DNA from: Octopus sinensis
Taxonomy: Eukaryota
Assembly (NCBI RefSeq): GCF_006345805.1
Contig: NW_021833893.1
Span: 336,001 to 400,000 of the forward strand
Reading direction: 5' to 3'
Length of the DNA stretch: 64,000 nt
The position numbers and the translations under genes are program-made. Positions 54,377 through 64,000 of this stretch are shown piece by piece; position 1 is the first letter of the stretch, and each line of letters begins with the position of its first letter. A model generated the notes under the pieces. The model did no database searches. It was not told the origin of the DNA and worked only from the letters and a program-made list of their open reading frames with translations.

Positions 54377-54491
54377 AACACACACACTTGTACTATTGGT
54401 TCTTAGATTACTATCCCACATCACTCTATTGATTTTTATATATTTCTCAGCCCGAGCTGATTTCGCACATCTCCTAATTTCTATCTACACA

Positions 54492-54714
54492 CAATGAGTG
54501 CACAATGTTAGATATGAAACTTAGCATCATTGTCGGTGCAGTTTAATCGGGGTTGTCACCCTCAGCCTGTTCGAAGTAAAACTGAAGGAATCAACAATTG
54601 TTAATTCCTTCAGTTTTACTTCGAACAGGCGGAAACTGATGAAACTGAACCGACCATGCGGAAACTGCACCGACCATGGTGCTAGGTTACATATCCAACA
54701 GTGTGCAATCACTA
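54492..54714. mobile_element. Foldback/MITE-like palindromic element
   Basis: Outer ~50 bp imperfect inverted repeats plus an inner 66 bp palindrome (54565-54630) with one mismatch. Confidence 0.7.
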
Positions 54715-55429
54715 CAGTTGAAACACGTGTAGGTCCCGAAAAAATGTAAATAACATTTAAATAAAACTACATATATGTGAAAAATCTCCGTTCTCTTAAT
54801 CATTATTAATATTATATACATATGTGTGTGTGTGTGTGTGTGTCTGTGTGTGTGTGTGTGCGTGTGTGTGTACGTGCAAGTGAGCGTGTTTCTATGTACA
54901 TATCTGTTTGTCCATTTCGATTTGAATATGCGTATGATTTTGTATTCATGCCCATCATATGTATAGATGTGTGTGAGTGCAGGCATGTTTTCTCCTATGT
55001 ATTTGTGGATGTGTATCTATGTATGCGCATGTGTGGGTATATGTGTGTATGTGTGTGTGACATTATGTCAGTGTGTGTGCGCGCGCGTGTATTTGTGAAA
55101 ATAACTGTTCCTGTCTCTCTGTCTATATGTATGCATGCGTGTGTGTGTGTGAGTATATGTCTATGTATGTGTGTGCAAGTATGAAATTTCATACATGTTT
55201 ATCGAATATGTACAACTTTGTAACTTCTATTAGCAAATGAAACATGTGTAATAGTGAATAAATAATACCGAAATATTTTCTCAACTCTCTGTTTTGTTAT
55301 ATAATAACTCTGCAAACAATATTCCCAGAATTTTCAACTTTAATATGTATCTCACATCATTGACAACACCTGCATGCTTCATTGTAATACTGGAATAAGC
55401 AAATGTGCTTCAAAGGGACACAGTTTGAT

Positions 55430-55557
55430 TTTCCCAACCACATAGTTCCGGGTTCAGTCCCAATGCGTGGCAACTTGGGCAAGTAACTTCTACTATAGCC
55501 TCAGGTCAGCAAAAGCTTTGTGAGTAGATTTGGTAGACGGAAACTAAACAGAGCCCC
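55430..55557 (+). mobile_element. SINE family A 5' part
   Basis: Homologous to 1780-1905. Confidence 0.65.
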
Positions 55558-55585
55558 TCATATGTGTATATGCATATATATATAG

Positions 55586-55735
55586 TGAGAATTTACAAAA
55601 AGACAAAAGACGAAGACGGGTATGTAAACAACAAAGAGATGTATTAGTTTATCGCTCGGGAAGTGAGAAAGTCTTTTACGTTTTGAGCCTGCGCTCTTCG
55701 ACAGAAAGGAACACAGAAATAAACGGGGAGAGAAG
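55586..55735 (-). mobile_element. Copy of the 48150-48317 element with HHR-like motif (55673-55708)
   Basis: Minus strand: CTTT-CTGTCGA-A-GAGC-GCAG-GCTC-AAAA-CG-TA-AAAG. Confidence 0.65.
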
Positions 55736-55789
55736 TCCAAGAAAAGTTCGACGTGGAGGTGGAGACAGGATAAAACTGGTGCGCATGTA

Positions 55790-56006
55790 TATTCTTTTAT
55801 TTGTTTACTCGTTTCAGTCATTTGATTGCGGCCATGCTGGAGCACCGCTTCTAGTTGAACAAATCGACCGGAAGACTTATTCTTTGTAAGCTTAGTACTT
55901 ATTCTATGGGTTTGTTTTGCTGAGCCGCGGGGATGTAAACACACCAATATCGGTTGTGAAGCGAAGGTAGGGGGAACAAAGACATATAAATACATACATA
56001 CATACA

Positions 56007-56042
<36 letters not shown>

Positions 56043-56585
56043 TATATGTTCCATGGGTTTCTTTCAGTTTCCGTCTACCAGCTACTTTCACAAGGTTATG
56101 GTCAGCCCGAGGCTATAGTAGAAGACACTTGCCCAAGGTGCCACGCAGTAGGACTGGACCCGGAACCATTCTGTTGGGAAGCAAGCTTCTTTATTTCATA
56201 TAATTTGCCACAAGGGCAGTACACAGATAGAAGCTTGTGGGCTGGACATGGACATGGAAGCAAGCTTCTTACCACACAGTCACTCCTATATGTATGTATA
56301 TGCATATATCTATGTATGTGTGTGTGTCTTTGTGTGTGTGTGTGTGTGTGTGTGTGTCTTTGTGTGTGTGTATCTTTGTGTCTGTGTTTATCTCTCGTCA
56401 TCGTCTGGTAATCGATGTTGGTTAGTTTACGTCCCCGTAACCTAACGATTCGGCAAAAAAGACCGATGGAATAAATACGATGCTTAGAAAAATGCCCGAG
56501 GGTCGATTTGTTTGACTAAAACTATTCAAGGTGCTGCCCCAGCATGGCTGCAGTCAAATGAGTGAAACAAGCAAAAGATAAAGAT
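55790..56585. mobile_element. Cluster of SINE family A pieces on both strands
   Basis: 55790-56200 minus strand, 56395-56585 plus-strand 3' part. Confidence 0.7.
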
Positions 56586-57621
56586 GGTGACGAGAAGAGG
56601 TAAGACGCGTTTGCATGGGCAACTGCTAATCTTCTCAAAAACTTTAATAGGCCCGCACTTACATGTGTGGACGACGCTTGGTTGGCGGAATCTAAAATCT
56701 TTGCATCACGGAGAATTCTAGATTTACTTTCACGAAGACCCATCTAATCAACTGTCATTTAGAAAAGATTATAATCTCCACTTGAAGAACATTTCAGTAT
56801 ATATTTTATAAATTAAACGCTTTTTCTGTATCGCCAGCAAAACCTTATTTAGTTTTATGCATACGTGCATTAGTTAGGGTACCGACACATTATTCTTTTA
56901 TGTTGTTCCGTTTATAAGAAATTCATCTTATTAGCTGTTTGCTATCTTTAACTGTTGTAAATTCAACAGCATTTACCTTGATTTGATGTATATAACCATT
57001 TAGATTCCTTCTTCTTAACTTGGGTGTTGTTACCATTTTAACCAACTTCTTTCACCTTTCAGTTCTGTGACGTTCAAATTCAATATTCTAAGGAATATAT
57101 TACAAAATGATTTGATTATCTAGTAAATGTCGACTGTATCAAACAGGAAAAAAAGAAAAAAACATACAAACATATATACATCCTTAGCTACATGCAATAC
57201 ATGAGCAATATATAATAAATTAGTCAGTTAAATGTACTTACAACTACAGTCTCTGATGCACAGAAAACTCTGTACAGATTATTTATATAGTAAAATAATT
57301 TTTTATTCTGAAGTTTCCTTAGAAGATATAAGACGTTGAAATTTGCAGTTCCCTCAAAATCCAAAAATACACGCAAACCATAGGTACAAACATGTATATT
57401 ATTTGTTTATATGTGATGTCTTGCAAAAATAGCTGCGTGATCAGGACGATAGAGGTGTAGGAAGATATGATATAATTGCATGTTTGAAAACCGGATCATT
57501 TCTTCAGTTAAAAGTTTTCTGCGTCTATGTTAGTCAAATTTACTCGCCGGTGATTCTGAAAAATATTTAATGAAGAAAGGTTATTTTCACACTTCGTTGG
57601 GTACATTGGTTTATCAGCAGA

Positions 57622-57691
<70 letters not shown>

Positions 57692-57909
57692 ACACACACA
57701 TATACATAGACGATAGAGAGAGTGTGAAGATTATAATTTTGCACTGCTGTGAATAGCAATTACGTGAAAAGGTTTACAATCCTGCTTGAGTCAAATATTT
57801 ATTCAAATCCAAAATTTCGTGTACTCCATGTTCAGGCGACTTATGCTTGCTTATACATGGCACAGATGCTTCTGTCGCATACTTCAAATTTATTCTGCCT
57901 ATTCGGTGC

Positions 57910-58910
57910 CATTGAATAAGCTAAGGCCAGGCAACCCTATCAAATCCTTAATTGGTAGAACCTACCCTTTTAGTAGAACCCCCTGTACTGATAGGAACTG
58001 TACTGTGTGTAGATTTAGCCCACAAACAAACTGTAAAGCCAGAAATGTAGTCTATAGTATAAGATGTACAGAGGGGCGACGCAGTAACAAGACAACGACG
58101 TACGTAGGGAAAACGGAACGGAGTATAGGAGAGCGGATAAATGAACATTGGATGGAACTTAAGGAAGAGAAGAGCTCAAGAGCACGTCGAGCAGGAACAC
58201 GGGGGCTCACTCAACAACATAGAAGTTAAAATCTTGTCCACTCATAGAATAGACGCAACGTTTAGACAAATTACAGAAGCTACACACATAATAGAAGATA
58301 AACCTAGCTTGAATAGTAAACTAGAATGGAACACTAGCACACACCCCCAACACACCACAACATATGACAGAATAAGATCCCCATTAACTGATATGAACAA
58401 AATATAATACAATACACAGATAAACAAATGGAATCAAATAACTATATACGTTAACAAATTTAAAATAAAAAATTAAATTAAATTCGATACAAAAAAAAGA
58501 AAGAATAGAAAAAAATAATAAGTAGGTATAAACACATGAACAAAATAAAATAAAAATTTAAACGAACGTGTATAAACAAGGGATACAGATAATACAGGCA
58601 CTGCCCCCCCACGAACTTACTAAACATAGACACACATAGGGGTATACGCATGCGCAAATACAGAAACATACAATAGGAATAGAAAATACAAAATGGCTCA
58701 TCGTTAGTAAGGAGAGACACACAAATAAGACAGAAGAAAGCAAAGGACCACTGATGAGGTCACAGAAGTGTGACTAAAGAACACTGGCCAAAATACGATT
58801 AATGTAAAAAATAGAATAAAGCTGAAGCAAATTAACACCAAATATATAGTGCGTGTGTTTTTATTGGCTAAACTGGCAACATGACCATTCCCAAATACAA
58901 CAATATATAT
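57910..58910 (+). mobile_element. 5'-truncated PLE (Neptune-like): zinc-knuckle linker, GIY-YIG and pLTR with degenerate HHR (58748-58787)
   Basis: PCTDRNCTVC...CKARNVVYSIRC...YVGKTERSIGERINEH; frameshifted RQITEA.HI..DKPSLNSK.EW. Confidence 0.8.
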
Positions 58911-59066
58911 ATTTAATATTTTACGACTTCAAAGGGATTTTTCAAGACGATAAACCACCCTTCACAGCGCATAAGCAACACAATACGTTAAATATATGGC
59001 AAAGTATACGTCATACACATACATTAAATATATACCAAGGCCTTGTGAAAGTGAAAGAAGTTGTTC

Positions 59067-59141
<75 letters not shown>

Positions 59142-59199
59142 ATATATATATACGTATATACTTATGTGTGTGTGTGCCTTTGTGATTGTCTTTGTTTCT

Positions 59200-59380
59200 T
59201 GCCGCTACGTGACAACCGATGTTGATTTATTTACGTCATGTACATTCGAGGTTCGGCTAAAAAGACCAAGAGAATAAGAACCAGGCTTTAAAGATAACTA
59301 ATAGGGTCAATTTGTTCGATTAAGCCCTTCAAGTTAGTGCTCCAGCTTGATTACTGAAACGAGCATAAGATGAAAGACAA
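59200..59380 (+). mobile_element. SINE family A 3' part, diverged
   Basis: Homologous to 1975-2140. Confidence 0.55.
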
Positions 59381-60937
59381 ACATGATATGTATGTATGTA
59401 TGTATGTATGTATGCAGGTAAGTATGTATGTATGTATGTATGTGCATGTATGTGTGTGTGTGTGTGTGCGTGTGTGTGTGTGTGTGTGTCTGTATCGTTC
59501 CCATGCTAAGAGTCTTAATGTCTCTTATTGCATATAAATCCGGGTTCTCTACTGCCAATCGTCCACTTTTCTTTTATGCTTCAATACCCTGGATTTTTAC
59601 TTCTTTTACCTCTCTCAATATTCTTCCCATTTTCATCTGTCTTTTCTTTTATACTTTTATATATTCTCCCTGTTTTTGTTCTGTCGCATCATTTACCTCC
59701 TCCTTTCTCTCCCACGTTACTTAATCGATTGTATTTTTTTCTATTTTTCAAGTATTCGTCTACTTTTTACAGGTAACCTATCTTTTTCCCGAGTCATTCT
59801 GTATTCTCCTTGCAACTTACCTTTCTCTTTTTACTACATTAATGTTACCCTTCTTTTTTTCTGTGTAATATCTCTCTATCAATATTTTCACCTCCTTTTT
59901 CAATGAATCCTTTTAAGTTCATATTCCTACCTCTTTCTGTCTTTCTTCTAGTACATTGAAACATTTCCTTGTATTAATCTATATGCATTCATCAGTCTTT
60001 CATCCTTTCCTTCTCTTGCTTTACAAATAAATTCGTATTTCTTTATCTTTCAATTATATCGTGCCTCACTAGTCTGTTCCCTCTATAGCCCATAAACTGC
60101 TCTCTGAAATAAGCTGATTTTTTCTGTTTACTTTTTCTTATTACTTTCACTTCTTTCTATTTATTCCCTTTGGTTAATCTCACACGGTTACCTCTATTTA
60201 TCCCTACCTCTTTTCTCTTTCTCGGCCTTTCTAGCTGTTCTACGTTCAACGTCACTTTTTTCTTTAATACACGAAATCTCTCTTTCTCTCTCGCTCTTAG
60301 TTTCTCTGTGTCACACACGCACATACATGACATATCTTTTCCTCAAACACTCATCTTTTCCCCTCATTCATTATATGTACACACACATACACATATATTT
60401 ATAGCCATTTATATATGTGCATATATATTAGACTAATACACATTCACACACACACGCATACATACACACACATATCACACTCAAGAATTCTTTGCTTTTT
60501 CTCACTCTCTCCAATTTCTCTATCTTTGTAAGTATGTTTTAACTCATCGATCACGTTATTTCTTTCCTTTTTACTAACCACATCTTTCTCTTCCTTTCTT
60601 CCACTGCTTACTGTTTGTCTACCAGCACATCTGCTTATCTATTACACGCTATCTTTATTCTCTAATCTTTATTCCTATTACGTCCCAATCTGCCCTCTGC
60701 CACAAATTTTACAGTTTCTGTACGATACATAATATCGTAATGAAAATAAATCAACCAGCAAGAAGCAAATATATCCGGGCGTTCTGAAATAAAATCTAAA
60801 TGTGTAATTTTGGCATAAATATAAGGCTGTGAGGTTTTGACCTATACACTGAACGAAAGCAAATCCTTATGCATGCATACATGCATATATACATGCATAC
60901 ATGCATATGTATGTATGTAAGTATGTATGTATGTATG

Positions 60938-61001
<64 letters not shown>

Positions 61002-61019
61002 TAGATAGATATATATTTT

Positions 61020-61174
61020 TATTTTATTCTTTTACTTGTTTCAGTTATTTGACTGCAGCCATGCTGGAGTATCACCTTTAGGCTACAGCAGAAGCCACTT
61101 GCTGAAGGTGCCACACTGGACCCGGAACCATATGGTTGGGAAGCAAGCATCTTACCGCACTGCCACGCCTCCGC

Positions 61175-61177
<3 letters not shown>
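61020..61177 (-). mobile_element. Deleted SINE family A copy
   Basis: Head and tail both recognisable. Confidence 0.6.
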
Positions 61178-61253
<76 letters not shown>

Positions 61254-61519
61254 TGTATATATATATATACATATATATATATAAAATCAAAATGAGGGTG
61301 AAAAATTGTATATTAATTTAATAATTAATAAGGGAGTTCACTTTTAGTGGATTCCATCTCATATATGTATGTATATATATATATATAAATCAATTTGTGT
61401 CAAGTGCTATATGTTGTATACTATACAAACAATTTATTTGAAAATAAGTAATAAAACGGCCAACAATATTTTTATATGAAGCATGCGGTTTCGTTCAATT
61501 TTTTCTTATATTATTATCG

Positions 61520-61682
61520 GCATTATTGAGCTATATATTCCGTCCTTACGTTCTGAATTCAAATTTTGCCGAGGTCGATTTTGCCTTTTATACTTTCGGG
61601 TCGATGAGATAAGTACCAGTGAAGCACCGGGGTCGATGCCATAGAATATCACCCTTCCCCAATTTTCCGGCCTTGTAGAAAG
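61520..61682 (+). mobile_element. SINE family C copy
   Basis: TTACGTTCTGAATTCAAATT...GAGGTCGATTTTGCCTTT...AAGTACCAG. Confidence 0.65.
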
Positions 61683-62589
61683 GATATATATAAAGCTAGT
61701 AGATAGGATTATTAAGCTGTATCACTAAATATCGTAGGAAAGAAGTTGTTAATCCATTTGAAATAATAGTTTCTTTTGACAACGAGCACTGATCTACCTA
61801 TATCTAGACTGTGTCGCTCATCATATTCTTATTATCTTGCGAACATTTTCTAATATTCGAGACTGGGTATTGTTAAAATTCTAAGTGGATGTCTATTCAA
61901 TCACTAACATTACGACGCTGATACTACGAAAAGATGGAATGTTGAACATAATAAAGGAACCTCAGCACAAAGTTGATTATATTCTAATATCACTCACTAG
62001 TACAGACATTTTTGGTTCAAGATGGTCCTCGCTCAGATCAGCCAACTGAAATAAGCATCAACATCAACCTACATCCTCCGAGGATGAACGCAAATATTTT
62101 TCAAATATCTAAATTGAGTGTTGAGTTTGCACCAAATTTGTTAAATCAGCAGGTCTGTTTGGATCCCACACCAATTGAATGAGGTTAAACTCGTCCAAGA
62201 GATTTCCATCTGCGATTCGTTAGATTAATGTGAAGAAAACGATCCCTTTCTGAAGAGAACGGTGACAGTGGACGCAAAATGTCTATAACAATATGAAATG
62301 CGAACGGCCATAAGGGAAGCGCGGCAAACTACCACAAACAACCTCCAAAGCAGATTTGTGTTGGTGAATTTAACGTCTCCAATGACCCAGCAGCAGGTGT
62401 TGTTCAAAGTTTGGTCAATTTCTTAGCATTGCTTGATCTCTTCCAGACAGGACCTGCATAATTTGCAAAAGAATGACAAAAAGCTAGAGCTATGGAAAGA
62501 TGCAACCGAAAAATCGCAAAGGCATATGCTAACTGGCAATACAAAAATCTTGGGAAACTAACCAAGAACAATCAGCCATCCCCTGTATA

Positions 62590-64000
62590 TCATCATCTGA
62601 AATCCAGATACAAACTGCTGTCCTTGAATGCCCGTAGTCTATGCAACAAGGTGCATCTTTTTGATTCTTACGTCAAAAGTATCAACCCAGATTTCATCAC
62701 AGTCATGGAAACATGGGCACATTCTGCACTCTGTGATGGAGTTTTCAGCATAGCCGGCTACAACCTGTTCCGCAAAGACCGCATTAATCGCCGTGGAGGG
62801 TGTGTGATGATTTATGTTCGATGAAATCTATCGGCAATCCCCTGTGATGATTTGAACCAATCTCAGCAGGAAGTATTTTTTTGCAATATACACATGACCA
62901 TGTCAACACTTCTGCCTGGAGTTGTTTACCGCTCCCCAAATTATCGTCAAGACGCCCAGCTTTTTGATATCTTCAGAGCTGCTGCCATGAAAACAGCCGC
63001 GTATGTTTATATTGCGGGCGACTTCAATTTCCCTGAGATTGACTGGGAGGCCTTCCGTTGGCCGCAAAGTGCAGACGATTTCCTTGAACTGGTGCTGAAT
63101 TCAAATTGGTCCCAAGTCGTTACCTCCCCCACAAGGAGTAACAACACTTTGGATCTGCTACTTAACGCTTCTCCTGAAACAATCATTAGTGTCACTACTG
63201 AATAATCTTTAGGTGACTCTGATCATTCCATGATCATGGCCGACTTGTCTCTGATTGGTTGTAACAAAAACCACAACCATCTTCAAAGTGCCCGCTTTGA
63301 CTGGAATAAAGCAGACTGGAGCTCTCATTGTACTGAGCTGCAACGCCCAAAACTGGCTCGAATTTTATGCCACTGGAGATGTGGACACTATATTCCAGAA
63401 CATTCTGAATTCAATATGGGCGGCATGTGCAGCATCAGTACCACGCAAGCACATAAACCACCCAATAGTGCAATTTGGGAGACTGCAGCAGTCCGACTTG
63501 CCAGGAAAGAACGCCGTAATGCTGAACAGGAATACAAATTGCACAAATCAGAGATCAACTGGAAAAAGCGCAATAGTTCCACCAACCACCTCAAGCAGGT
63601 GAAAAAAAAGGCAGTGCTTGAATTTGAACAACGCGTTGCAACCAACCCTGACAGCAAAGTGTTCTGGAAGTATGTGCACTCAAAGCAGAGACCTCACTCT
63701 CCAGTTGGTCCCCTTCGCAATCCTCACACAGGACAGATTACTGGCAATCCCAAAGAATGTGCAGAAATCATTGCTGGATGCTATGCCGGCATCTTTACTG
63801 TCGAAGACCAAAATGTTCCATCTTCATCACCACTGACATCGGACTCTATATCTACTATGCAATTTACACCAGCAATGCTACAACGCCACCTTAAGAATAA
63901 ACGCAACTATGCCTCTCCTGGTCTCGATGGTGTTACATACCTACTTCTCAAACGCGGTGGGTACTTTCTTCTAAGCAAACATTCTCTATTCTTCCAATTC
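62590..64000 (+). pseudogene. CR1/Jockey-group LINE ORF2 (APE endonuclease and start of RT), runs off the window
   Basis: LNARSL, ETW, GYNLFRKDR..RGG, VVYRSP, AGDFNFPEIDW, PTRSNNTLDL, SDH, KVFWKYV, SPGLDGV; stops and frameshifts. Confidence 0.85.

Overview
AT-rich, microsatellite-laden eukaryotic (metazoan) DNA. The SINE families and repeat landscape resemble a cephalopod/Octopus-type genome, which is an inference from memory. I can support no host protein-coding gene, and most listed ORFs are microsatellite artefacts. The window is a dense transposon landscape: a Tc1 pseudo-element, mariner/Tc1 derivatives, R4/Dong-like LINEs sitting in (TAA)n, Tx1/L1-like and CR1/Jockey-like fragments, tRNA-derived SINEs and at least five Penelope-like element (PLE) families. 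The PLEs include one near-intact copy with pLTRs and a 3.5 kb near-perfect palindromic insertion. The main signal is a high density of type I hammerhead ribozyme (HHR) motifs, about 15 sites from about 10 sequence families, typically with a palindromic stem III. Several lie in short ORF-less elements inserted in (TA)n, some with terminal redundancy, 5' inversions or non-canonical catalytic cores. This suggests a PLE-dependent, retrozyme-like family of non-autonomous ribozyme retroelements. All folds were done by eye and need computational and experimental confirmation.
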